This document shows positions 1 to 9,738 of a stretch of DNA of 59,636 nucleotides, piece after piece; position 1 is the first letter of the stretch, and every line of letters begins with the position of its first letter. Made by a program: the position numbers and the translations under genes. The notes under the pieces are model-generated. The model worked only from the letters and a program-made list of their open reading frames with translations, searched no databases and was not told where the DNA came from. The stretch is taken from positions 1 through 59,636 of the forward strand of contig CAJOPN010000106.1 of assembly GCA_905236285.1 (NCBI GenBank), in the 5' to 3' direction. Origin of the DNA: an uncultured Selenomonadaceae bacterium. GTDB lineage: Bacteria; Bacillota; Negativicutes; Selenomonadales; Selenomonadaceae.

Positions 1-315
1 GGCGTTCACAGATTGTATTCTTGGATAGTGCCTTTGATTTCTATATGCACGAAATAACAAAATTGGGTATTGTCAGTATGTTTAATGAAACTTCCTGAAA
101 TTATTGTTTTTGAAAAAAAAATACGTTCAAGGTATATCAAGGCACTTTCTCTCGTTCCTGAGTTAATAAAAATTTGTGATGTAATGCACATTTATGACAA
201 TACAAAATTGCCGGAGCGTATTTTTAAAAAGCGTAAAGATAAATATTCCTATTGGGAAAATCATTTTTGGGATAAATCTAAAATAGAACGATTAATGAGT
301 ATTGATTTTAATTAA
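1..315 (+). pseudogene. Possible remnant of a zeta-toxin/COG4185-like P-loop ATPase C-terminus, split over two frames
   Basis: Frame 3 (3..98) reads ...FYMHEITKLGIVSMFNETS*. Frame 1 (ORF 70..315) reads LPEIIVFEKKIRSRYIKAL...VMHIYDNTKLPERIF. Together they resemble the ..PExxIxxRYxR.. and ..vYDNs.. tail of zeta/COG4185 ATPases. They lie in different frames and the segment expected between them is missing. The 5' part is cut by the window edge. Family call is from memory and weak. Confidence 0.25.
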
Positions 316-443
316 AAAATTGGCTTCTTATTGGCTTCTTGCAGTCAACTCCATTGAAATTAACGTCTCGGAGGATGTCTTCGGGGCTTTTATATTTTGA
401 ATAATTTGTATACAGAATACTTGAAAAATAACTTGCATAAATG

Positions 444-471
444 TTGCAATCTTGACATTGTATAGTATAAT
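444..471 (+). promoter_or_regulatory. Sigma-A type promoter candidate for the malic enzyme gene
   Basis: TTGCAA (444-449), 16-nt spacer, TATAAT (466-471). SD AAAGGAAG at 494-501 lies 9 nt before the ATG at 511. Confidence 0.5.
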
Positions 472-510
472 TGTCTGGTATATAAATCAGACGAAAGGAA
501 GTTTTTATAA

Positions 511-1743
511 ATGCCGAATGTTTATGAAAGAGCTTTAAAATTACACAGAAATTTTCACGGCAAATTGGAGACAAAAAGTAAAGTACCGCTCGATAAAGCA
601 GAAGATTTAACACTTGCTTATACTCCCGGAGTTGCTGCGCCATGTCTTGAAATTCAAAAAGATCCCGAATTGAGTTATGAATACACAAATCGCGGAAATT
701 TGGTTGCAGTCGTTACAAACGGAACTGCAGTTTTGGGTCTCGGTAATATCGGAGCAGGTGCAGGTCTGCCTGTCATGGAAGGAAAATCAATTCTTTTTAA
801 AGGTTTTGCCGGTGTCGATTCAATTCCCATTTGTCTGGATACTCAAAATGTCGATGAAATCATCAAAACAATTCAGTTGATGGCTCCCACTTTTGGTGGC
901 ATCAATCTTGAGGATATAAAAGCTCCCGAATGTTTCGATATTGAAAATGCACTCAAACATTCAATAGATATTCCTGTTTTTCACGACGATCAACACGGTA
1001 CTGCAATAGTTGTTTCGGCCGCTATGATTAATGCTTTGAGATTGGTCGGCAAAAAATTTGATGAAATAAAAATTGTCGTCAACGGAGCAGGTGCTGCAGG
1101 TATGGCGATAACGAAACTTTTGCAAAGAATGGGCGTTAAAGATGTCATTCTCTGCGATTCAACCGGTGCAATTTATGAAGGTCGTCCGAAAGGAATGAAT
1201 CCGTACAAAGATGAAATTGCAAAGTTGACAAATCTCAATAAAGAAGAAGGACAACTTGCAGATGTTATTCACGATGCAGATGTATTCATCGGAGTTTCAA
1301 AGGCGGGACTTTTAACTCAAGATATGATTAAAAAAATGAAAAAAGATGCAATCATTCTTGCAATGGCAAATCCGACACCTGAAATTTATCCGAAAGATGC
1401 AAAAGAAGCGGGAGCAAGAGTAGTTGCAACCGGAAGAAGTGATTTTCCTAATCAAGTAAATAATTTGCTTGCATTTCCGGGAATTTTCAGAGGAGCACTT
1501 GACGTAAGAGCAACCGATATTAATGAAGAAATGAAAATTGCGGCAGCTTATGCGATTGCTTCACTTATCAGCGATGAAGAATTGAATGAAGAACATGTTA
1601 TAACCGATCCGTTTGACAAAAGAGTTGCTCCGACGGTAGCAGCAGCAGTTGCAAAGGCAGCTATTGAAAGCGGAGTTGCAAAAAGAAAGGACATTACTCC
1701 CGAACAAGTTGCCGAACATACAAAAAAATTATTGAATCAATAA
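511..1743 (+). CDS. NAD(P)-dependent malic enzyme (oxaloacetate-decarboxylating), short YtsJ-like form
   Basis: 410-aa ORF with malic enzyme motifs [59 protein letters not shown] and the dinucleotide loop VVNGAGAAG. Confidence 0.93.
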   Translation: MPNVYERALKLHRNFHGKLETKSKVPLDKAEDLTLAYTPGVAAPCLEIQKDPELSYEYTNRGNLVAVVTNGTAVLGLGNIGAGAGLPVMEGKSILFKGFAGVDSIPICLDTQNVDEIIKTIQLMAPTFGGINLEDIKAPECFDIENALKHSIDIPVFHDDQHGTAIVVSAAMINALRLVGKKFDEIKIVVNGAGAAGMAITKLLQRMGVKDVILCDSTGAIYEGRPKGMNPYKDEIAKLTNLNKEEGQLADVIHDADVFIGVSKAGLLTQDMIKKMKKDAIILAMANPTPEIYPKDAKEAGARVVATGRSDFPNQVNNLLAFPGIFRGALDVRATDINEEMKIAAAYAIASLISDEELNEEHVITDPFDKRVAPTVAAAVAKAAIESGVAKRKDITPEQVAEHTKKLLNQ

Positions 1744-1764
1744 AATTTTTCTCAAAAATTTTTT

Positions 1765-1791
1765 GGTCTCGTTTAATTGCGGGACTTTTTT
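1765..1791 (+). terminator. Rho-independent terminator after the malic enzyme gene
   Basis: GGTCTCG (1765-1771), 8-nt loop, CGGGAC (1780-1785) with one G-U pair, then a T6 run (1786-1791). Confidence 0.55.
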
Positions 1792-1792
1792 C

Positions 1793-1821
1793 TTGACAAT
1801 AATTTTGAAATATTTTACAAT
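1793..1821 (+). promoter_or_regulatory. Sigma-A type promoter candidate for the methyltransferase locus
   Basis: TTGACA (1793-1798), 17-nt spacer, TACAAT (1816-1821). GAAGGAGA SD lies just before the ATG at 1866. Confidence 0.55.
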
Positions 1822-1865
1822 TTTCAACTATAGTTGATGAATAAAAATGAGAGAAGGAGATTAAA

Positions 1866-2628
1866 ATGAAAACAGATTGGGATTATACGGAACTTGCAGA
1901 GGCATATTTAAAACGTCCGAATTACGCAGATGAAGCAATAAACAAAATGCTTGATATTGCTGGCTTCAATGAACAAGGGGGGGGGGTATTCAGTCTGCGA
2001 TGTTGGAGCAGGCGCAGCTCATTTAACAATAGAATTGGCAAAACGCGGTTTCGACATTCATGCAGTTGAACCTAATGATGCAATGAGAGCAAATGGAATC
2101 AATCGCACGAAAGAATTTAAAAATGTAAAATGGTTTGAAGGTGTCGGCGAACATACCGGACAACCTGAAAATCATTTTGACTTGGTAACTTTCGGCTCAT
2201 CATTTGCAGTTACCAATCGTCAAGAAGCTCTCGAAGAAACTCAGCGAATTTTGAAAAAGAACGGTTATTTCGCCTGCATGTGGAATCATCGCGTTTTGTC
2301 AGATCCAATTCAACAAAAAATTGAAAATATCATCAAAACCTATGTGAAGAATTACGATTACGGCAGTCGACGCGAAGATCAAACTGAAGTCATAAAGTCA
2401 AGTGGACGTTTTGAGAATATTCAACAATTCGATGGAAAGGTTGTTCATTCAATTCCGATTGAAGATATTGTTGAAGCTTGGCATTCTCACGGTACATTAT
2501 ATCGTCAAGCTGGAGATAAATTTGAAATCATCATTAGTGAAATCGAAAAGTTACTTAAATCATTCGGCAAAAAATCAATTGATGTACCATATGAAACGCA
2601 TGGCTGGATTTCTCGCGTAATGAAATAG
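1866..2628 (+). pseudogene. Class I SAM-dependent methyltransferase interrupted by a frameshift in a G10 tract (phase-variation candidate)
   Basis: ORF 1866..2069 (MKTDWDYTELAEAYLKRPNYADEAINKMLDIAGFNEQGGG...) runs into G10 at 1977-1986. ORF 1951..2628 continues in the next frame with ..GGGYSVCDVGAGAAHLTIELAKRGFDIHAVEPND (SAM motif I). Removing one G (G9) joins them into a single ~253-aa protein. Confidence 0.85.
1977..1986 (+). repeat. G10 homopolymer (slipped-strand mispairing tract) inside the methyltransferase coding sequence
   Basis: Counted directly: gaacaaGGGGGGGGGGtattc. It is one of only two long G/C homopolymers I noticed in this AT-rich window. Confidence 0.95.
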
Positions 2629-2696
2629 TTTAATTATTATTCGCGTTCTTGGAATGTTCAAACTTTACAATTTGTATTAAAGGAAGTTTTTGAAAT

Positions 2697-4370
2697 ATGA
2701 CTGAGGCTGAAAAATTTTTTCTTCAAGATTTTGAAATACAATGTAAAAATTTGACGATTGAAGAATTAAAACAGAAATATTTTATGCCGTTGTTGCCGCA
2801 ATATGAAAAAAATTTTGAATCCAACACTCAATTCATGTCGAAATATCCGTTTCTTTTGAATAAAAATTTTGTACCACCTGATGAAAATCGTTATTTGTTT
2901 TTTCACATGACTGATGATTTTGCGTATAAATTTGATAAGCAAAGTAAAAGTCTCGAAAAATTGGAAATAAATTCAGTACGAGAGACAAAATATTTTTTCA
3001 AAGATTTGAGCAAACCGTTACTTTTGGAGGCAGAATTTAATAAATTTAATTTGCAGTTTTTATCGGATACGGTAAGAGACAGCCGAGACTTCGCAGGAGA
3101 TAATCATATCTATATAAAATACACGGACATGGACGAATTTTCGTTGCTGCTTTATTACGTTGACATGAAAAAAATTTGTGCGAGTGAAAAGTTTGTATTT
3201 ATAATGACCGAGAGTGGCGCTTCATATCCTATCGACTTCAAAAAAGATTTCGGCATCGATTATGAGTCAATGACACCGACAAGATTACGAATTGAAGAAA
3301 TGAATCGAATTGCTTATTGGTGGAAACGTGCATGGTCCGGTGCCGAATTTGGTTTAAATGTTTTGAATAAAAATCCTGACATTATTGCAAAATTTCATTT
3401 TTTCGGTGCAGTACTTTTACAAGGTCATTCAATCTGTAGCCTTAAAATATTTACCGATTTTTTAAGTGATTTGACGACGAAATATTCACCTGAAAATATT
3501 TTACAAATTTATTTACATCCTGAGGTCGATTTAAATTATTGTTCAGATTTTTTGGATTTTGTCAGATGGCTCAAAAGAGAATACAAAACAAAAAATGAAT
3601 TTACTTTGCCGGAACTTTTCAGAGCTTATTTCATTTTCCTTTTTTACTTTGTGGAAAATTCGGCAAGTCAAAAAAAAATTAATCCGCGTATTGTTCCTGT
3701 CATAATTTGGGAACCTCATACCGAAAACGGCACAATATTTGAACCTTTGATGATGACTTTTAAATATTATATTGGATTGAACAGTACGAGAAATCCTATT
3801 ATTCAGCTTGGTCGCGTAGGTCAAGCCGGTTTTCCGGATTATAATTATTACACGATAGCTATTGATATGAATCCACAACTTCGAGAAAAATATTATTCAT
3901 ATCGTTTTGAAGATTTGAAAATGTATCCGGAAGAAACCTGTCGTGCGATCTGTGAAGTTTTAAATGTTCCTTATGATTCGGCAATGTTGGAAGTCGATGC
4001 ACCGCAAAAAACCATTGAAGGAACAACCATACACGGATTTGATATGTCACCTTTACATCGAAATTTAGATTCCATGTTTTCTGAATTTGATAAATTGCGA
4101 TTAAAAATTTTTTTCGATATTTTTTTGAAACATTTCGGATATGAAGATACATTCAATTTTGAAGAATGTCCGATTAATGAAAATGACATGTTTTTTTTGT
4201 TGAAATTCCCGTTTCGTTTTGAAAAAAAATATGCCGAGAAAAAAAATAAAGATTTAAAAGAAATACGTGCATATTTTCATCGTCTGATGTTTTTCACTTG
4301 GAAATTGGCAATAGAAGGAAAAATTGTTTTACCGAAAGTTATTAAACCTCTCATTAAAGAAAAAAAATAA
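2697..4370 (+). CDS. Hypothetical 557-aa protein; C-terminal half is sulfotransferase-like (tentative)
   Basis: Long intact ORF with an AAGGAAG SD. Around nt 3686-3990 it encodes VIIWEPHTENGT, STRNPIIQLGR and YRFEDLKMYPEETCRAICEVLNVPYDSAML. These resemble the PAPS-binding (5'-PSB, 3'-PB RNPxD-type) and YEDL..dPe....i..FLg segments of bacterial sulfotransferases. The N-terminal ~330 aa is not recognised. Confidence 0.6.
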   Translation: MTEAEKFFLQDFEIQCKNLTIEELKQKYFMPLLPQYEKNFESNTQFMSKYPFLLNKNFVPPDENRYLFFHMTDDFAYKFDKQSKSLEKLEINSVRETKYFFKDLSKPLLLEAEFNKFNLQFLSDTVRDSRDFAGDNHIYIKYTDMDEFSLLLYYVDMKKICASEKFVFIMTESGASYPIDFKKDFGIDYESMTPTRLRIEEMNRIAYWWKRAWSGAEFGLNVLNKNPDIIAKFHFFGAVLLQGHSICSLKIFTDFLSDLTTKYSPENILQIYLHPEVDLNYCSDFLDFVRWLKREYKTKNEFTLPELFRAYFIFLFYFVENSASQKKINPRIVPVIIWEPHTENGTIFEPLMMTFKYYIGLNSTRNPIIQLGRVGQAGFPDYNYYTIAIDMNPQLREKYYSYRFEDLKMYPEETCRAICEVLNVPYDSAMLEVDAPQKTIEGTTIHGFDMSPLHRNLDSMFSEFDKLRLKIFFDIFLKHFGYEDTFNFEECPINENDMFFLLKFPFRFEKKYAEKKNKDLKEIRAYFHRLMFFTWKLAIEGKIVLPKVIKPLIKEKK

Positions 4371-4410
4371 ATGAATCATTATAGTCAAATCAATATGAGG
4401 TGCTTGAAAA

Positions 4411-5346
4411 ATGAGCAAAAATATCTCTCTGATTGAATCATTCAATTTAATGAAAAATGCCGAAAATATTGCGATAACTTCTCATATTCATCCTGACGGT
4501 GATGCTGTTGGTTCATCTTTGACACTTTTTCAAATTCTGCAAAACCTCAATAAGAATGTAAAAATTTTCATTAACGATAAAATTCCGGATTGGTGTTCAA
4601 TACTTCCGGATTGTAACGCTATCGAAAGATTTCCCGATAAAAATTATTCTGCAGATTTAATTCTGTTGCTTGATGCAAGAGTCGGACGCGACGGCGAAGT
4701 TTGCGAAAAAATAAATGCTCCCATTCTCAATATTGATCATCATATAACGAATGAGCAGAAAGCCGATTATATTTTTTTAAATGAAAATGCATCTTCAACC
4801 TGCGAAATTTTATTTAAATTCATGCAGCAAAATAATTTGAAAATTGATGAAAAAATCGCAATGAATCTTTACGCGGGGATTGCAACCGATACCGGCTTTT
4901 TCAGATTTGACAATACTTCTGCCGAAATTTTGGAAATTGCTGCTGATTTAATTCGTAAAGGTGCGAAACCTTCATTGATTGCCGATTCCGTTGCAACAAA
5001 AACTTTTCACGAAATTGAATTGATGTCAAAAGCAATGCAGACAATAAAACTTTTCAAGGACGGAAAAATCATCGGAATTTTTCTTGATGAAAATTTTTCA
5101 GATTTGGAATTGACGGACGGTTTGATTGACATGATTCGATTCACAAAAAATGTTGATATTGCATTTTTGATTAAATACGATCGCAAAAATGTTTATCGTT
5201 TACGAATGAGGTCACGCCGAACCGACATCAGCAGTCTTTTGAAAAAAATCGGCGGCGGCGGTCACATTCATGCGGCGGGAGCAACTTTAAAAGGTGAAAA
5301 TGTTGTCGAAAAATTCATTTCATTTTTGGAAACGAGTGATATTTAA
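4411..5346 (+). CDS. nrnA: DHH/DHHA1 phosphoesterase, NrnA-type oligoribonuclease / pAp phosphatase
   Basis: 311 aa with SHIHPDGDAVGS, NIDHHITN (DHH) and GGGGHIHAAGA (DHHA1 GGGH) motifs. Confidence 0.85.
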   Translation: MSKNISLIESFNLMKNAENIAITSHIHPDGDAVGSSLTLFQILQNLNKNVKIFINDKIPDWCSILPDCNAIERFPDKNYSADLILLLDARVGRDGEVCEKINAPILNIDHHITNEQKADYIFLNENASSTCEILFKFMQQNNLKIDEKIAMNLYAGIATDTGFFRFDNTSAEILEIAADLIRKGAKPSLIADSVATKTFHEIELMSKAMQTIKLFKDGKIIGIFLDENFSDLELTDGLIDMIRFTKNVDIAFLIKYDRKNVYRLRMRSRRTDISSLLKKIGGGGHIHAAGATLKGENVVEKFISFLETSDI

Positions 5347-6338
5347 TGCCGAAAATTTCTGTTATAATTCCCACGTACAATACTGAAAAATATATTTCTC
5401 AATGTCTCGAAAGTGTCGCGGCTCAATCTTTCAGAGATTTTGAAATTATTTTGATTGACGATTGCTCGACCGACAATTCTTTTAAAATTGCCGAATCAAT
5501 GAAAAATAAATTTAAAAATTTTCAGCTTTTAAAAATGAAAAAAAATAACGGCTCGCCTGCTTATCCTCGCAACAAAGGTTTAAAAATTGCAAAAGGCGAT
5601 TATATTTTTTTCCTCGACAGCGACGATCTTTTGATTGATACTGCTCTTGAAGAAGTTTTTGAAATTGCTGAGAAAACTCAAGCTGATGTTTTGCACGCAA
5701 ATCAATTTATCATTGCGACTGACGGCAGCGAAGAATTTTTGAAAGATACTCCCGTCGGTCTCGATTCTTGGGAAAATTTTCCGAATGTCAAAAAAATTTC
5801 TCCCGTGACTGACAACCTCGCCGATCGTTTAAAAATGTTCTGCAAAAAAAATTTTACATGGTCTTGCTGGAATAAATTTTTCAGACGTGATTTTTTAATC
5901 AAAAACAAAATCGAATTTGCAAATATTCCTTATTCTGAGGATTTTTCTTTTTGTTTCAAATCTCTTTTCCTTGCAAAAAAATATGTTCGTATCCCGAATA
6001 TTTTTTATATGTATAGAAATCGAATCGGCTCAATTCAACATCGAACTCTCACCGCCGAACAAATTATCAAAATTTATCTCAATGTAATTATCGAAGGTAC
6101 GAAAGTTCTTGACGGTTTTATGAATTCACAAAAATTTTTTCAATCGGAAGAAAATTTTCAATATCGTTATAATGTTCTTGACTTTTTTATCAATGAGCAT
6201 TTAGAATACTTTGAAGAGATTTATAAAAAATATCCTGCACATTTGATTGATGTATTGAATCGTGAAAATTTAACTTCGATTTTCGGTCAAAATGCCGCAT
6301 TGATCTCTTACCTTTTTAATTGTGCAAACAGGAGGTAA
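5346..6338 (+). CDS. Family 2 glycosyltransferase
   Basis: ISVIIPTYNTEKYISQCLESVAAQSFRDFEIILIDDCSTDNS followed by FLDSDD. The start overlaps the nrnA stop (TAATG). Confidence 0.85.
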   Translation: MPKISVIIPTYNTEKYISQCLESVAAQSFRDFEIILIDDCSTDNSFKIAESMKNKFKNFQLLKMKKNNGSPAYPRNKGLKIAKGDYIFFLDSDDLLIDTALEEVFEIAEKTQADVLHANQFIIATDGSEEFLKDTPVGLDSWENFPNVKKISPVTDNLADRLKMFCKKNFTWSCWNKFFRRDFLIKNKIEFANIPYSEDFSFCFKSLFLAKKYVRIPNIFYMYRNRIGSIQHRTLTAEQIIKIYLNVIIEGTKVLDGFMNSQKFFQSEENFQYRYNVLDFFINEHLEYFEEIYKKYPAHLIDVLNRENLTSIFGQNAALISYLFNCANRR

Positions 6339-6504
6339 AATTTTTTTAAAATGAAAGTGAAATCGAAAAAAAAATCTCAGTCAAAGCCGAAAAAAATTCC
6401 CATAAACTCCGAACAAATTCAATCGCCGCCGAAAATTGAAGAAAAAAAGGACACAATCGGCAAAAAAATTTATGATTACGTAATGAAAAATTCGTGAGGT
6501 AAAA

Positions 6505-9500
6505 ATGTTAAATTTAATTATAGGACGCGCTGGAACCGGCAAAACAAATTTCTGTCTCAACTCGATAAAAGAAATTTTGAAACGTGACGGTTTGAAAGCG
6601 CGAATTTTTTTATTGATGTCAGATTACATGACGTATCAGACTGAAAGAGAATTGGCGCAAATGACGAATGGGCAGACAAATACTTATGTTTTCAGTTTTC
6701 AACGTTTCGCAAAGCAAATTATCAATGAGGTCGGCGGTGCAAATATTCCTAAAATCAACGAAATCGGTCGTCGAATGATTTTGAGAAAAATTTTAATTCG
6801 CCGCGACAAGGAACAAGATTTCAAATATTTTGCAAGAATAATAAATCGAATCGGATTCAGCGAAACACTTGCGAAATCTTTAAAAGAAATAAAAACTTAC
6901 AACATAACGCCTGAAAAGCTCCGAAATTTAATTGTTGATATTGAAGATGAAGAACTTTGCGACAAAATTTCAGATTTGGCAATGCTCGCCGACGATTTTC
7001 AAAATGCGATCGAAGGAAAAAATTTTGATGACGAAGATATTTTAAATCTCGCAGCCTCTCAAATTAAAAATTCTCAACTTTGCAGGGACGCTGAAATTTA
7101 TATTGACGGATTTGTATTTTTCGATCCTCTTCAACGCAAAATTATTAATGAACTTTTTAAAACCGCAAAAAATATTCATATTACTTTGACTATGGCGACT
7201 GATTTAAACGACAAGGAAAATGATGAAGAAGTCGGTTTATTCCGCCAATCAATGAAAACTTTCAAAACAATTCGCAGTATGAGCAATGAAGAAAATATTC
7301 CGTTCAAAATTATTCGCTGCAATGATGTTTATCGTTTTCAACGCGGTTCATTAAAAATTTTGGAGAAAAATTTATTTTCGTTTCCGCCTTCACAAGTTAA
7401 AATTGCAAAGGAAACGGATTCATTAAAAATAATTGAGGCGGCAAATCAACGTGCAGAAGTCGAATCAGTCGCACAAGACATTTTAAAAATAAAAGAGGAA
7501 CGGCATTATAAATTTCGTGACATCGGAATTTTGATTCGCGACGAAAATTATATTTCATATCTCAAAACTGCATTTGATTTGCACGAGATACCATATTTTA
7601 CGAATGAAAAACGTTCGGCAATGAATCATCCTCTCGTCGCACTCGTTCTTTCGGCGTTGTCTCTTATTAATTCTCGAAATTCCGACGCTGTTTTTTTATG
7701 TCTGAGGAGCAGCTTTTTTGATTTGACTCTTGACGAGATTGATATTTTGGAAAATTACGTTTTGGAATTTGGAATCAAAGGAATAAAAAATTGGAATAAA
7801 AATAAAAAATGGGAATATTATCGGCGTGATTTTGAATTTGAATCGGACGAAATTTCAGAGAAAGTACAAAAAAATTTAACGACAATAAATGAAATTCGCG
7901 ATAAAGTCATAAACTATTTTGAAAAATATCTTGAATCAATGAGCAAAAAAAATTCAATCAAAGAAAATTCTGTGGCACTTTTTGAATTGCTTGAGAGATT
8001 GAATGTACCTCAAAAATTGGACGAATGGTCACGAGTCGCAGAAGATGAAGGCAATCTTGCGATGAGTAAAATTCATTTGACGATATGGAACGAATTTGTA
8101 AAATTACTTGAGCAGTTGGTCGAAATAATGGGCGATGAAATCATTCCGCAGAAAAATTTTGAACTTTTAATTAATGAAGGATTTGAATCAATAAAAATGT
8201 CTCTGATTCCTCAAGGACTCGACGAAGTAAATATTTCTGAATTGAATCAAAACAGTCTTCAGAATGTGAAAGCGATTTATATTTTGGGTGTGAATGAAGG
8301 TTCAATGCCGGCTGCAGCTTCCGAAAAAAATTTATTTTCAGATGCTGAAAGATTTTATTTGAACAATGCAGGTTTGGAAATTCATCCCGGACAAATTGAA
8401 ACTGCGCTTGCCGAAAAATTTTTGCTTTACAGAGCATTTACTGAATCACGCGAATATCTTTGTCTGTCATATTCTCACACCAATGCCAAAGAAGAGGCAA
8501 TCAATCCTTCTCCGCTGATTAATACCGTCAAAAAAATTATTCCGACTGTTCAAAATTTCGTCGTCACCGCTGATATTCTCTCAGATAATCCGAATAAACT
8601 TTTCAGAGTCAGAGAGAAAAAAATTTCAAATGACATTGCCGAAAAATTATTTGCGCCGCTATTCGGTACGATAAAAAGCAGCGTCAGCAAAATTGAACAA
8701 TTTTATAAATGTCCGTTTAATCATTTCGTTCAATACGGTTTGAATCTTCAGCCGCGACGACAATTTCAATTTAAAGCCGTTGATCTCGGAAATATTTTAC
8801 ATACGGTTTTGAGAAAATTCGGCGAGAGAATGAAAAATGAAAATCGACTTTGGTCAAGCGTCGGCGAAGAGGAATTGACTGAAATTCTTGAAAAAATTTT
8901 TTCGGAGATTGAAAAAAATTATCGCGTATTAAAAAGCAGCAACGCCTATTCTCATCAACTCGAACGAATTAAAAAAGTTGCCTTCAATTCGATTCGCCGA
9001 TTAATTGAATTTGACAGAAACAGTAATTTTCATCCCGAACGTTTTGAAGAAGAATTTGATTCGCTGAATTTTGAATTGAATGAGAAAGTAAAAATGAATT
9101 TGACGGGACGAATAGACAGAATAGATTTTTCTGACGACGATTATTTTCTGATTATGGATTATAAAACCGGCAATCCTTACATAAATTTGATTGAGGTTTA
9201 TTGCGGCTTAAATCTTCAACTGTTGACTTATTTATATGTGGCGAATGAAAAATTTAAAGATAAAAAAAGTCCTGCGGCAATGCTTTACTGCTTATTAAAA
9301 TATCCGCCTAAGACTGCACAGAAAGAAATGACTGATGAAGAAGCAAGAGAAGAAATTGAAAACGAATTAAAAATGTCAGGCTGGATACTCGAAAATCCTA
9401 CCGTCATAAAAGAAATTGACGGCTCGCAAAATTTTATAAAAGTCAAGTTGACGAATGCAGGCGAAGTAAATAAGAATTACAAAGACAATGTTAAATCGAA

Positions 9501-9738
9501 AGAACAATTTGAAAGATTGCTTAATTATCTCGAAAAAAGTTTGAAGAGCGCAGGAAAAAGAATAATCGGCGGCGAAATTGCAGTAAAGCCGTACAAGAAT
9601 GACAGCAAAGGAAAAAATATTTGTGATTACTGCAATTATTCGGAAGTATGCGGTTTTGAAAATAAAAATTGGATTGAATTGCCGAAATTAAAAGATGAAG
9701 AAATTTGGGAAAAGATGGAAAAAGATGAAAAAATATAA
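6505..9738 (+). CDS. addB: ATP-dependent helicase/deoxyribonuclease subunit B (AddB/RexB)
   Basis: 1077 aa. N-terminal GRAGTGKT Walker A. C-terminal RecB-type nuclease with the AddB Fe-S cysteine set (YKCPFNHF plus CDYCNYSEVC). No addA follows. Confidence 0.9.
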   Translation: MLNLIIGRAGTGKTNFCLNSIKEILKRDGLKARIFLLMSDYMTYQTERELAQMTNGQTNTYVFSFQRFAKQIINEVGGANIPKINEIGRRMILRKILIRRDKEQDFKYFARIINRIGFSETLAKSLKEIKTYNITPEKLRNLIVDIEDEELCDKISDLAMLADDFQNAIEGKNFDDEDILNLAASQIKNSQLCRDAEIYIDGFVFFDPLQRKIINELFKTAKNIHITLTMATDLNDKENDEEVGLFRQSMKTFKTIRSMSNEENIPFKIIRCNDVYRFQRGSLKILEKNLFSFPPSQVKIAKETDSLKIIEAANQRAEVESVAQDILKIKEERHYKFRDIGILIRDENYISYLKTAFDLHEIPYFTNEKRSAMNHPLVALVLSALSLINSRNSDAVFLCLRSSFFDLTLDEIDILENYVLEFGIKGIKNWNKNKKWEYYRRDFEFESDEISEKVQKNLTTINEIRDKVINYFEKYLESMSKKNSIKENSVALFELLERLNVPQKLDEWSRVAEDEGNLAMSKIHLTIWNEFVKLLEQLVEIMGDEIIPQKNFELLINEGFESIKMSLIPQGLDEVNISELNQNSLQNVKAIYILGVNEGSMPAAASEKNLFSDAERFYLNNAGLEIHPGQIETALAEKFLLYRAFTESREYLCLSYSHTNAKEEAINPSPLINTVKKIIPTVQNFVVTADILSDNPNKLFRVREKKISNDIAEKLFAPLFGTIKSSVSKIEQFYKCPFNHFVQYGLNLQPRRQFQFKAVDLGNILHTVLRKFGERMKNENRLWSSVGEEELTEILEKIFSEIEKNYRVLKSSNAYSHQLERIKKVAFNSIRRLIEFDRNSNFHPERFEEEFDSLNFELNEKVKMNLTGRIDRIDFSDDDYFLIMDYKTGNPYINLIEVYCGLNLQLLTYLYVANEKFKDKKSPAAMLYCLLKYPPKTAQKEMTDEEAREEIENELKMSGWILENPTVIKEIDGSQNFIKVKLTNAGEVNKNYKDNVKSKEQFERLLNYLEKSLKSAGKRIIGGEIAVKPYKNDSKGKNICDYCNYSEVCGFENKNWIELPKLKDEEIWEKMEKDEKI

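Noticed and set aside
1977-1986. Programmed ribosomal frameshifting at the G10 tract
   Set aside because: There is no slippery heptamer of the known X XXY YYZ type and no downstream stimulatory structure. Tract-length variation or an assembly error explains the frame change more simply.
6351-6497. 48-codon Lys-rich ORF (MKVKSKKKSQSKPKK...) between the GT2 gene and addB
   Set aside because: The nearest SD (AGGAGGT, inside the GT2 stop region) is 14 nt away. The composition reflects A-runs and there is no recognisable family. It is probably non-coding spacer, though a small basic protein cannot be excluded.
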